This document shows, in pieces, positions 11,074 through 20,241 of a DNA stretch of 64,000 nucleotides. How positions within the stretch are numbered: the stretch's first letter is position 1; each line of letters starts with the position of its first letter. A model generated the notes under the pieces. The model was not told where the DNA came from. It did no database searches and saw nothing but the letters and a program-made list of their open reading frames with translations. The stretch is from Ilumatobacteraceae bacterium (GTDB taxonomy: Bacteria > Actinomycetota > Acidimicrobiia > Acidimicrobiales > Ilumatobacteraceae). Made by a program: the position numbers and the translations under genes. The stretch lies in contig DAIRSS010000001.1 in assembly GCA_036804285.1 (NCBI GenBank), positions 44,615 through 108,614 of the forward strand, in the 5' to 3' direction.

Positions 11074-12168
11074 ATGTTTCGTCTCGCCGATCGGCGACTT
11101 CGACGACGCGTCCCGACCCTGGTCGCCTCTTTCCTTGCCGTTTCGCTGACGGTGGGGGTCCCGGTGGCGTCCGCGACCCCGTCCCCTGGGACGGGTGGGT
11201 CGAGCGACCAGCAGCGCCGAGTGAACGAGATCATCGAGGAACTCGACCGGATCGGAGAGCAGATCGACGCCTTGGGCGAGACCTATGCGCTCGCGGTCAA
11301 CGACATGGAGGACCTCGACATCGAGATCAAGGCGACCGAGGCTCGCATCGCACAGAAGGAAAAGGAGCTCGCCGCCATGCAGGCCGAGCTCCAGCAGGTG
11401 GCATTGCGGTCGCTGATCCGCGGTGGCGCATCGAGCAGTCTCTCGAGCATCTTGAGTTCGACGAGTTCACTCACCGACAGCGTGCGCAAGAAGTACCTCA
11501 CGTCGTCGGCGTTGAACACGGGTGCAGGCAATACCGACGCGCTGCAGGGACTCATTGACGACTTGTTGAAGGAACGTGCCACGCTCGAAAAGCAGCGCAA
11601 GAAGGCACAGGATCTGGCCAAGTATGCAGCAGGTCGACTGAGCGCGGCTGAGGCGCTCGCAGCTGACTATGAATCACGTCAAGCAGCAGCGGAGCGTGAA
11701 CTTGGTTCGTTGTTGCGCAGTGAGCGTCAGCGCCGCGAGCAGGCCGCACTCGAACTCGCCCAGCGCGAGGCCGAGTCGTTCAAGTCGAAGAAGTACACGA
11801 ACATCATCGCTCCGTCATCACAGGCAGGTGCAGCGATCAAGGCCGCGCTGTCGCAGCTCGGCGTGCGCTATCGCTTCGGCGCAAAGTCGCCGGGCAGTGC
11901 ATTCGACTGTTCGGGTCTCACGTCATGGGCGTGGGGAGTTGCGGGCGTCGGCATTCCGCGCACGTCACGTACGCAGTACGCGGGGTTGACACGAATTCCC
12001 ACGGCGGCGATTCAGCCGGGCGACCTCGTCTTTTCGGGCTATCCGATCCACCACGTGGGGATGTACATCGGTGGTGGGCAGATGGTTCATGCACCGCGTA
12101 CCGGTGATGTCGTGAAGGTCAGCGCGATCTCCTGGTCGCGTGTCGTTGGCGTCGCTCGTCCTCGCTGA
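11074..12168 (+). CDS. NlpC/P60 (C40) peptidoglycan endopeptidase with an N-terminal coiled coil (RipA-like)
   Basis: A signal/TM segment is followed by a long heptad-like region. The C-terminal FDCSGLTSWAW...HHVGMYIGGGQMVHAP carries the catalytic Cys and His. Confidence 0.85.
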   Translation: MFRLADRRLRRRVPTLVASFLAVSLTVGVPVASATPSPGTGGSSDQQRRVNEIIEELDRIGEQIDALGETYALAVNDMEDLDIEIKATEARIAQKEKELAAMQAELQQVALRSLIRGGASSSLSSILSSTSSLTDSVRKKYLTSSALNTGAGNTDALQGLIDDLLKERATLEKQRKKAQDLAKYAAGRLSAAEALAADYESRQAAAERELGSLLRSERQRREQAALELAQREAESFKSKKYTNIIAPSSQAGAAIKAALSQLGVRYRFGAKSPGSAFDCSGLTSWAWGVAGVGIPRTSRTQYAGLTRIPTAAIQPGDLVFSGYPIHHVGMYIGGGQMVHAPRTGDVVKVSAISWSRVVGVARPR

Positions 12169-12206
12169 CCGAAAAGCGCGACGTCTTCTTTCGCTACTGT
12201 GAGGTC

Positions 12207-12947
12207 ATGACGACTTCACTCGACGGTTGGACGACGGGCTCGTTCACGGCAAACGGCATTACACACACCACCTACACAAAAGGTTCAGGTCCTGGTGTGA
12301 TCGTCGTGCACGAGATCCCGGGCATCACGCCCAAGGTGCTCGAGTTCGCCGAACGTGTCGTCGCACGCGGTTTCAGCGTGGTGATGCCACTCCTCGTCGG
12401 CGACGTTGGTCGGCCACCGAGCGGTTCCTACATGGGATCGTCGATGGCCAAGATCTGTGTCTCGCGCGAGTTCTCGACGCTGGCAATGGGGAAGTCCTCG
12501 CCCGTCGTTGGCTGGTTGCGTGCATTGGCCAAGGACGTACACGGGCGCGTCGGCGGCAAGGGCATCGGTGCGGTCGGCATGTGTTTCTCCGGTGGTTTTG
12601 CACTCGGGATGATGGTCGACGACGTGATGGTTGCACCGGTCCTTTCGCAGCCGTCGTTGCCGTTTGCGATGGGCAAGGCCCGCGCGGGCGACCTCGGTCT
12701 CACCGCAGAGGAAGTGGTCCGCGTCCGCGAGCGTGCCGAGGCGGGCTGTCAGGTGCTGGGCCTGCGGTACACGGGAGACAAGTTGGTCGGCACACGATTC
12801 GACTCGTTGCGCAGGTTGCTCGGGGATGCGTTCATTGCGGTCGAGTTCCCGTCGCAGGCCAAGAGTGACCACTCGGTGCTCACCGAGCAACCGCAGCAGG
12901 TCGGCATCGACAAGGTGCTCGACTTCTTCGACGCGAAGCTGAAGTAG
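12207..12947 (+). CDS. dienelactone hydrolase family protein
   Basis: GVIVVHEIPG, the nucleophile motif GMCFSGG and a C-terminal DHSV histidine. Confidence 0.8.
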   Translation: MTTSLDGWTTGSFTANGITHTTYTKGSGPGVIVVHEIPGITPKVLEFAERVVARGFSVVMPLLVGDVGRPPSGSYMGSSMAKICVSREFSTLAMGKSSPVVGWLRALAKDVHGRVGGKGIGAVGMCFSGGFALGMMVDDVMVAPVLSQPSLPFAMGKARAGDLGLTAEEVVRVRERAEAGCQVLGLRYTGDKLVGTRFDSLRRLLGDAFIAVEFPSQAKSDHSVLTEQPQQVGIDKVLDFFDAKLK

Positions 12948-13697
12948 TCAGTCGACCGCGACGACGAAACGCGGGTCACGAAACGACTTCAACGCACGAT
13001 TGACGTCGGCACCCTTCGCACAGGTTTGCAGGAGGTGTCGAGCGAGGCGTCCCTTTGCCGCCTTCGCATCGTGCCCACCTGCGGCACCTGAGCGTTCGTT
13101 CAGCGACACACGCCTCCAGGTCGGTGACGCACACAACGACTTGTCGAGTGCCGCACGGTGCTCCTGTGGGAGCAAATCGACGACGATGAGCGAGCCGGCG
13201 AATTCCTCGAGCGTGGAGGACACGTGCGCCATCCACCACTTGGAGAGGGTCCCGAACGGGGCGAGTCGGGCGCCCATCTTCAATCGATAGTCGGGGACGG
13301 GATCTGCCGCGCGCACGAGACCGAGAAGTCCCGAGACGACCACGATGTTGTTCAGCGCACGCGTGCGTTGAGGTGCGGACAACGTGGCGATGTCGAGGTG
13401 GTCCCACACCACGCCGGTGTAGCGCTGCCACGCGGGAAGTGTTGGCGCGCCAACGAGTGCGCGGTTGGCTGCCGTCGCCCGCACGAGAAGGTCGCCCTTG
13501 ACGCCGAGCAGGGTCGAATCGCCGCCCTTGATGCGGGCGAGACGTTGTGCGATGTCGGTGCGTTGATCGCCGAGCTGTCGACCGAACGTTCCGCTCGATG
13601 GTTTCCATGCACTCTTCGTCGCCCCACCCTCGGCCTTGCCTTCCGACGGCGGTAGGAGGACGAGATAGGTCGACTTGGGGGACGATGACGACGGCAC
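12948..13697 (-). CDS. yaaA: YaaA/UPF0246 (DUF328) peroxide-stress family protein
   Basis: LVLLPPSEGK signature near the N-terminus plus RYTGVVWDHL. Only the last ~249 codons of the 612-aa track ORF look like protein. A GTG start at 13697 gives MPSSSSPKSTYLVLLPPSEGK. Confidence 0.8.
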   Translation of the reverse strand: MPSSSSPKSTYLVLLPPSEGKAEGGATKSAWKPSSGTFGRQLGDQRTDIAQRLARIKGGDSTLLGVKGDLLVRATAANRALVGAPTLPAWQRYTGVVWDHLDIATLSAPQRTRALNNIVVVSGLLGLVRAADPVPDYRLKMGARLAPFGTLSKWWMAHVSSTLEEFAGSLIVVDLLPQEHRAALDKSLCASPTWRRVSLNERSGAAGGHDAKAAKGRLARHLLQTCAKGADVNRALKSFRDPRFVVAVD

Positions 13698-13736
13698 GAC
13701 CCGAAAGTCTGCCTCACCGATGAGTACCCTGAATGC

Positions 13737-14954
13737 ATGGCTCGCGTGAAACCCGTTCAAGATTGGGCAACCGACTTCGACCACGCCGATCCCGCCTACA
13801 ACGAAAACGCTCACCAGATTTGGGACGACCTGCGCGCAACGTGTCCCGTCGCCCACACCAACCGCTATGGCGGAGCGTGGCTGCCGGTGCGACACGACGA
13901 CGTCGCTGCCGTTGCCCGTGACACCGACAGTTTCTCTTCCGAGGGCGCGGTGCTCGCCAACCGACCACCGCTCGAAGAGCGCGTCTCGCTCGCCCCAATC
14001 GGCGCGGCACCGCCAATCACTTCCGATCCGCCGTTCCACGCAGATGCACGACGTCTCTTGTTGCCCGCATTCAGCCCGCAGGTCATCGCCGAATGGGAAC
14101 CCGAGGTGCGCAGGTTGTGCAACGAGTTGTTGGATCGGATGGGCGACACAGATGTCGTCGATGCGGCCGTGCAGTACGCCCAGCACATCCCGGTGTACGT
14201 CATCGCGCGCATGCTCGGACTTCCGGTCGAGGACAGCGACTACTTCCGCGAGACGGTGCACCTCGTCCTCGAAGAGATCGGCGCGGAGTTCGGTGAGCGC
14301 CAGGGTGGCTTCGAGAAATTGGATGCGTATCTCCTCGCACACGTCGAGGATCACATCGAGAATCCGCGCGATGACCTGATCGGATTCCTGCTCAACGCCA
14401 AGATCTACGACCGTCCACTGGAGAAGCAACACATCGTCGGCACGATCGTGTTGTTGCTCGTTGCTGGCATCGACACGACGTGGAGCTCGATCGGATCGTC
14501 CATCTGGCACCTCGCGCAGCACGCAGACGATCTCGCGCGCCTCGTCAACGAACCAGAACTGATGCCGACGGCAATCGAAGAACTCCTGCGCGCATACGCG
14601 CCGGTGACGATGGCACGCATGATCGCCCAGGATGCAGAGATTGGCGGCTGCCCGGTGAAGGCGGGGGAGAACGTACTCCTGGCATTCCCTGCGGCGAACC
14701 GCGACCCGGACGTGTTTCCTGATGCCGACAAGGTGATCATCGATCGTGAACACAATCGCCACCTCGCCTTCGGTCTCGGCATCCACCGCTGCCTCGGTTC
14801 CAACCTCGCGCGGCTCGAATTGCGCGTCGCGGTCGAGGAATTCATCCGGCGATTCCCGAAGTTCGAGCTCGCCGACAAGTCGGCAGTGACGTGGAGCCTC
14901 GGTCAGGTTCGCGGTCCGCGCCAGCTTCCTGTGCGCGTGTTGCAGCGTTCGTGA
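13737..14954 (+). CDS. cytochrome P450
   Basis: Heme-Cys loop FGLGIHRCLGSNLA, ExxR (EELLR) and an I-helix-like AGIDTT. Confidence 0.9.
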   Translation: MARVKPVQDWATDFDHADPAYNENAHQIWDDLRATCPVAHTNRYGGAWLPVRHDDVAAVARDTDSFSSEGAVLANRPPLEERVSLAPIGAAPPITSDPPFHADARRLLLPAFSPQVIAEWEPEVRRLCNELLDRMGDTDVVDAAVQYAQHIPVYVIARMLGLPVEDSDYFRETVHLVLEEIGAEFGERQGGFEKLDAYLLAHVEDHIENPRDDLIGFLLNAKIYDRPLEKQHIVGTIVLLLVAGIDTTWSSIGSSIWHLAQHADDLARLVNEPELMPTAIEELLRAYAPVTMARMIAQDAEIGGCPVKAGENVLLAFPAANRDPDVFPDADKVIIDREHNRHLAFGLGIHRCLGSNLARLELRVAVEEFIRRFPKFELADKSAVTWSLGQVRGPRQLPVRVLQRS

Positions 14955-14975
14955 CCCGGTGCTGAACCCGCGCCG

Positions 14976-17150
14976 ATGACTATCGATCTCTCGCTACTCA
15001 ATCCAGATCAACGCGATGCCGTGTTGCATCCGAGTGGCCCTCTGCTCGTCGTTGCAGGTGCAGGATCGGGCAAGACCCGGGTTCTCACCCAGCGCATCGC
15101 CCATCTCATCGATACGGGTGTGCATCCGATGCACATCCTTGCGATCACCTTCACCAACAAGGCCGCGGGCGAGATGCGGGAACGCGTGGCGGCACTCGTC
15201 GGGCCCGTCGCCCACAAGATGTGGGTCTCGACGTTCCACTCCGCGTGTGTGCGCATCCTGCGCGCGCAGGCCGAACACATCGGTTACCCGAAGACGTTTT
15301 CGATCTACGACCAATCCGACTCGCAGCGGCTGGTCGGCTACGTCATCCGCGACAAGGGACTGGATCCGAAGAAGTTCCCTGCCCGCGGCGTGCAAGCCCG
15401 CATCAGCTTGTGGAAGAACGAGTTGATCATTCCCCACGACGCGGCGTCGCATGCATCCAACTTCATCGACGAAAAGTACGTCGAGGTGTATCGCGAGTAT
15501 CAGCACCGCTTGGAGAAGGCCGGTGCGATGGACTTCGACGATCTCCTGACCAACACCGTCCGACTGTTCCGTCAACACCCAGACGTCTTGCGCACCTATC
15601 AGGAGCGCTTCCAACACATCTTGATCGACGAGTATCAGGACACGAACATGGCCCAGAACGCGATCGTGTTGATGCTCGGCGCCGCTCACCACAACGTGTG
15701 CGTCGTTGGTGACACCGACCAGTCGGTGTATCGCTTCCGTGGCGCGGACTTCCGCAACATCCTCGAATTCGAAAATGCATTTCCCGAAGTGACGACGGTC
15801 GTGCTCGCGCAGAACTACCGCAGCACCCAAGTCATCCTCGACGCAGCGAACGCGGTCATCACCCACAACGAGGCGCGTAAGCCCAAGGAGTTGTGGACCG
15901 ACCGCGGCACCGGCGAAAAGATCGTGCGGTATTTCGCCGATGACGAATTCGACGAGGCCAACTGGGTGGTGGCGCGCCTGCGTGACCTGCACGACAAGGA
16001 GCACCGCAAGTGGAGCGAGCTCGCCGTGTTCTATCGCACGAACGCCCAGAGCCGTGTCCTCGAGGAGTCGTTCATCTATGCAGGTCTGCCGTACAAGGTC
16101 GTGGGCGGAACGAAGTTTTACGACCGCCGCGAGGTGAAGGACGCCCTCGCGTACCTCCACGTCGCGGCCAATCCGCTGGATGAGATCAACTTGAAGCGTG
16201 TGGTCAACACACCCAAGCGTGGAATCGGGGACTCCTCGCTTGCCAAGATCGACGCCTATGCGGCTTCCGCGGGTATCTCCTTTGCGCTTGCGTTGCGTGA
16301 CCCTGCAGCAGCTGGTGTGGGCGGCGCGGCGGCCAAGGGGATCGTTGCATTCAACGCACTCATCGACGAGTGCGGAGCACTGATCGACCAGGGTCCGGGA
16401 GTCGTCTTGCGCCACGCGATGGAGCGCAGTGGTTATCTCGCCGAGCTTGCCGCCGAGGGCACGGTCGAGTCCGCTGGTCGTGAGGAAAACATCCAGGAAC
16501 TCATCGGTGTGGCGAGTGAGTTCACCGTGGTGGATGAGTTCCTCGAGCAGGTGTCACTGGTCGCCGACACCGACGAGTTGTCCGAGGACAATCACGTCAC
16601 GTTGATGACCCTCCACTCGGCGAAGGGCCTCGAGTTCCCGGTCGTGTTCATCGTCGGCGTCGAAGAAGGAGTCTTCCCACACTCGAGGGCGTTGAACGAT
16701 CCCGTCGAGTTGGAAGAAGAGCGCCGACTTGCCTACGTCGGTATCACGCGTGCGGAAGAACAACTCGTCCTCACGCATTCCTGGAGCCGCACGTTGTGGG
16801 GCAACACGCAGTACAACCCACCATCACGATTCTTGAGCGAGATCCCTGACGAACTCGTGCACAAGGAAGGCAGCGTCGACACCGGCGAGGACTCTCGTCG
16901 CTATCGCGCGACCACCACGCCGTCGCGCGCGAACCTGCCACGACTCGATCGACGAATCACGACCAGTGCGGTGCAGCAGCCGGTCAACCACGGATTCCGC
17001 GTGGGGAGCGATGTCGTGCATCCGACGTTCGGCGAAGGCGTGATCATCGACATTCGTGGCGAAGGCGAGAAGGCGGAGGCGACGATTCGCTTCTCACTCG
17101 TCGGGACGAAGCACCTTTCACTCGCCTGGGCACCGCTGAAGGCGGTTTAG
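14976..17150 (+). CDS. pcrA: ATP-dependent DNA helicase PcrA/UvrD
   Basis: AGAGSGKT Walker A, DEYQDT, the SF1 motifs and TLHSAKGLEF...VGITRA. Confidence 0.92.
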   Translation: MTIDLSLLNPDQRDAVLHPSGPLLVVAGAGSGKTRVLTQRIAHLIDTGVHPMHILAITFTNKAAGEMRERVAALVGPVAHKMWVSTFHSACVRILRAQAEHIGYPKTFSIYDQSDSQRLVGYVIRDKGLDPKKFPARGVQARISLWKNELIIPHDAASHASNFIDEKYVEVYREYQHRLEKAGAMDFDDLLTNTVRLFRQHPDVLRTYQERFQHILIDEYQDTNMAQNAIVLMLGAAHHNVCVVGDTDQSVYRFRGADFRNILEFENAFPEVTTVVLAQNYRSTQVILDAANAVITHNEARKPKELWTDRGTGEKIVRYFADDEFDEANWVVARLRDLHDKEHRKWSELAVFYRTNAQSRVLEESFIYAGLPYKVVGGTKFYDRREVKDALAYLHVAANPLDEINLKRVVNTPKRGIGDSSLAKIDAYAASAGISFALALRDPAAAGVGGAAAKGIVAFNALIDECGALIDQGPGVVLRHAMERSGYLAELAAEGTVESAGREENIQELIGVASEFTVVDEFLEQVSLVADTDELSEDNHVTLMTLHSAKGLEFPVVFIVGVEEGVFPHSRALNDPVELEEERRLAYVGITRAEEQLVLTHSWSRTLWGNTQYNPPSRFLSEIPDELVHKEGSVDTGEDSRRYRATTTPSRANLPRLDRRITTSAVQQPVNHGFRVGSDVVHPTFGEGVIIDIRGEGEKAEATIRFSLVGTKHLSLAWAPLKAV

Positions 17151-17626
17151 TTTCCGCGCAGGTCGATCAGGAGCGTCGTCTTGTTCTCGACGATCGGGCG
17201 CACGTCGAGGGGCGCCATCAATTCCTCGACGGCGAGCGTGCGGCCTTCGCAGTCGGTGAAGGTGTGCGTGCGGGCGATCTGTGTGACGAGACAGGATTCG
17301 TCACGATCGGCCGGGTAGGCGTAGTAGACCTGCCAGCCCTTTGCGGGGTCCTCGCCGTTGTGTTCGATCACGATCGACCGCTTGCCCGTCGCGTCCCTCA
17401 GGTCCGGATACAGGATCGGTCCATCGGTCTTCACCGCTTCGGCGATGTCCTCCACGTTGCCGACGACGAAGGTGCGGTCACCGGGCTGGACGCTGACTTC
17501 GGCACGGTCGGTGGCGAGGTCGGCCATCAGCCATGTCACTCCGAAGAGTGCGGCAAAGAACAGGATTCCGCCGAGGATCGGCGCCACGGCACGGGCGACC
17601 GGTGAGCGCAATTCGGGGCGAAACAT
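17147..17626 (-). CDS. hypothetical membrane-anchored protein
   Basis: 159 aa with one N-terminal TM (ILGGILFFAALFGVTWLM) and a soluble domain of no recognised family. Confidence 0.5.
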   Translation of the reverse strand: MFRPELRSPVARAVAPILGGILFFAALFGVTWLMADLATDRAEVSVQPGDRTFVVGNVEDIAEAVKTDGPILYPDLRDATGKRSIVIEHNGEDPAKGWQVYYAYPADRDESCLVTQIARTHTFTDCEGRTLAVEELMAPLDVRPIVENKTTLLIDLRGN

Positions 17627-17713
17627 AGGACAAGTGTGGCTGATGAGTGGGCGACTGGCACGGTCGTGGCGGGTTGGTATGGGTCACGGTCGAGGGCGTA
17701 GGGTTTATGTCTC

Positions 17714-18118
17714 GTGAAGCGTCCGTATCGCGTTGTCGTGGCCAAGCCGGGTCTGGATGGACACGACCGCGGGGCAAAGACCATCACTCGGGCGCTGCGT
17801 GACCACGGTTTCGAGGTCATCTACACCGGCCTCCACCAAACCCCCGAGCAGATCGCCGAGACCGCACTGCAGGAGGACGTCGACGCCGTCGGGCTCTCAC
17901 TGTTGTCGGGCGCACACCTCACCCTCTTTCCACGGGTGATGGAAGAGTTGCGAACCCGCAAGCTCGGTGACGTCCTCGTGTTCGGCGGTGGCGTGATCCC
18001 CGATGCGGATGCGCGCGAACTGCGCAATCAGGGCGTCTCGGAGATCTTCGGTCCCGGATCCTCGCTCAAGGACATCGCCACCTGGCTCGAGCAAGCGCTC
18101 GATGCTCGCGAAGCATAG
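17714..18118 (+). CDS. stand-alone cobalamin (B12)-binding domain protein, methylmalonyl-CoA-mutase C-terminal type
   Basis: VVVAKPGLDGHDRGAKTITRALRDHGFEVIYTG carries the DxHxxG motif. The remaining sequence (SLLSGAH...) and length also fit the MCM/ICM small-subunit B12 domain. The start is GTG. Confidence 0.85.
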   Translation: MKRPYRVVVAKPGLDGHDRGAKTITRALRDHGFEVIYTGLHQTPEQIAETALQEDVDAVGLSLLSGAHLTLFPRVMEELRTRKLGDVLVFGGGVIPDADARELRNQGVSEIFGPGSSLKDIATWLEQALDAREA

Positions 18119-18129
18119 AAAGCAGAGAC

Positions 18130-19275
18130 ATGGACCTCTTCGAATATCAAGGCAAGCAATACTTCGCGAAGTTCGGCATCCCGGTGTCCGCAGGTGGTGT
18201 CGCGCACACCGTCGACGAAGCGGTCGCAGAGGCGGAGAAGGCGAAGTATCCGGTCGTCGTCAAGGCGCAGGTGCAGGTCGGCGGTCGCGGTAAGGCCGGT
18301 GGCATCAAGCTCGCGACCAACGCGGACGAAGTGCGACTGCACGCGGGCAACATCCTCGGGATGGACATCAAGGGTCATGTCGTCAAGCGCGTGTGGGTGG
18401 AACACGCCTCTGACATCGCCGAGGAGTACTACGCGTCGTTCACGCTCGATCGCGCAGCCAAGCAGCACCTGCTGATGCTGTCGGCGCAGGGTGGTGTCGA
18501 GATCGAGGAGGTGGCGGCCAAGGATCCGACCGCCATCGTCAAGTTGCACATCAATCCGATCGATGGTCTGAGCGCTGCTCGCGCACGTCAGGCTGCAGTC
18601 GAGGCGAAGATCCCCGAGCGCGCACTCGATGGCGTCGCCGACATCCTCGTCAAGCTCTACGACTGCTTCACGAAGGGTGACTGCGATCTCGCGGAAATCA
18701 ATCCGCTGATCCTGAAGCCGACCGGTGAGGTGCACGCACTGGACGCCAAGGTGAGCCTCGACAACAATGCAGCCTTCCGTCACCCCGAGTGGGCCGAGTA
18801 TGCGGCCACCGAGGAACTCGACGCTCGTGAACAGCTGGCCCGCGAGAAGGATCTGCAATACATCGGTCTCGACGGCACCGTCGGCATCATCGCCAACGGC
18901 GCGGGACTCGCGATGAGCACGCTGGATGTCGTCAACCAAGTCGGTGGGAAGGCGGCGAACTTCCTCGACATCGGTGGCGGTGCGAATGCGGAGCTGATGA
19001 CCGCGGCACTCGAAGTGATCAACTCGGACAACAAGGTGCGCAGCATCTTCATCAACATCTTCGGTGGCATCACCCGCGGTGAAGAGGTCGCCAAGGGAAT
19101 CGTCGAGGCCGTCAAGCGCGTGCAGTTGCGCGCGCCGATCGTGATCCGCCTCGATGGCACGAACGCCGAGGAGGGCCGTGAGATCCTCGCCAAGGCGGGT
19201 ATCCCAGATTCTCAACTCACCAGTCGACCGACCATGTTGGAAGCGGCCCGCACGGCCGTGGAACTGGCCAAGTAG
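18130..19275 (+). CDS. sucC: succinyl-CoA synthetase beta subunit
   Basis: 381 aa. MDLFEYQGKQYFAKFGIPV and the ATP-grasp and ligase-CoA domains are present. Confidence 0.97.
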   Translation: MDLFEYQGKQYFAKFGIPVSAGGVAHTVDEAVAEAEKAKYPVVVKAQVQVGGRGKAGGIKLATNADEVRLHAGNILGMDIKGHVVKRVWVEHASDIAEEYYASFTLDRAAKQHLLMLSAQGGVEIEEVAAKDPTAIVKLHINPIDGLSAARARQAAVEAKIPERALDGVADILVKLYDCFTKGDCDLAEINPLILKPTGEVHALDAKVSLDNNAAFRHPEWAEYAATEELDAREQLAREKDLQYIGLDGTVGIIANGAGLAMSTLDVVNQVGGKAANFLDIGGGANAELMTAALEVINSDNKVRSIFINIFGGITRGEEVAKGIVEAVKRVQLRAPIVIRLDGTNAEEGREILAKAGIPDSQLTSRPTMLEAARTAVELAK

Positions 19276-19283
19276 GGGGCGCC

Positions 19284-20183
19284 ATGGCAATCTTCGTCAA
19301 CGAGAACACGAAAGTCATCGTCCAGGGTCTGACCGGCGGTCAGGGTCGATTCCACGGATTGCGCAACCGCGCGTACGGCACCAAGGTCGTCGGCGGCGTG
19401 ACGCCAGGGAAGGCGGGCCAGGACGTCGAGGGCATTCCCGTATTCGACACCGTCGAGGATGCCGTTCGCGCAACGGGTGCGACCGCCTCGTTCATCGCCG
19501 TTCCACCGAAGGCGGCACCGGCAGCGATCCTCGAAGCAGCACGTGCGGGCATCGAATTCATCGTCTGCATCACCGAGGGCATTCCTGCTCAGGACGAAGC
19601 TCGCGTGTATTCGACGCTGCAGCGCGACTATCCAGCGACGCGCCTGCTCGGACCGAATTGTCCGGGCATCATCTCGCCGGGGAAGTGCAACATCGGCATC
19701 ACCGCAGGTGAGATCGCCGAGCTACCGAGCGCGAAGGGTCCGAACGTCGGCATCGTGTCGCGTTCGGGCACGTTGACGTATCAGGCGTTGTATGAACTCA
19801 AGCAGCAGGGCATCGGCGTGAGCACGTGCGTCGGAATCGGTGGAGACCCGGTGCCAGGAACGTCGTTCGTCGACTGCCTCGCACAGTTCCAAGCGGATCC
19901 CGAGACGCACGCGATCATCATGATCGGTGAGATCGGCGGCTCGGCGGAGGAAGAGGCGGCGGAATTCATCAGCAATCACGTCACGAAGCCGATGAGCGCC
20001 TACATCGCTGGAGTCACCGCACCCGCAGGCAAGAAGATGGGTCACGCGGGAGCGATCGTGTCGGGAGGCAAGGGAACCGCGCAAGGGAAGATGGATGCGT
20101 TGCGTGCCGCAGGGGTGCAGATCGGTCTCAATCCGACCGAAGCTGGATCGCTGATGGCCGACATCGTGAAGAAACTTCGCTAG
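19284..20183 (+). CDS. sucD: succinyl-CoA synthetase alpha subunit
   Basis: 299 aa. VIVQGLTGGQG, SRSGTLTYQ and the GHAGAI phosphohistidine loop. Confidence 0.97.
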   Translation: MAIFVNENTKVIVQGLTGGQGRFHGLRNRAYGTKVVGGVTPGKAGQDVEGIPVFDTVEDAVRATGATASFIAVPPKAAPAAILEAARAGIEFIVCITEGIPAQDEARVYSTLQRDYPATRLLGPNCPGIISPGKCNIGITAGEIAELPSAKGPNVGIVSRSGTLTYQALYELKQQGIGVSTCVGIGGDPVPGTSFVDCLAQFQADPETHAIIMIGEIGGSAEEEAAEFISNHVTKPMSAYIAGVTAPAGKKMGHAGAIVSGGKGTAQGKMDALRAAGVQIGLNPTEAGSLMADIVKKLR

Positions 20184-20241
20184 CAACGCGCTCGCTCGCC
20201 GCCCTCGGCAAGTGGTGCATCACTACGCTTGATGTGCCCTC

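Noticed and set aside
12948-14786. 612-aa minus-strand ORF read as a single protein
   Set aside because: Only the last ~249 codons (YaaA/DUF328, LLPPSEGK) look like protein. The upstream ~360 codons are antisense to a bona fide P450 gene and are Arg/Asp/His-rich noise.
14994-16415. 473-aa minus-strand ORF
   Set aside because: It is antisense to pcrA and has no motifs.
17627-17713. Possible cobalamin riboswitch upstream of the B12-binding domain gene
   Set aside because: The 87-nt divergent spacer has no B12-box-like sequence and is too short for the aptamer.
18028-19290. 420-aa minus-strand ORF
   Set aside because: It is antisense to sucC.
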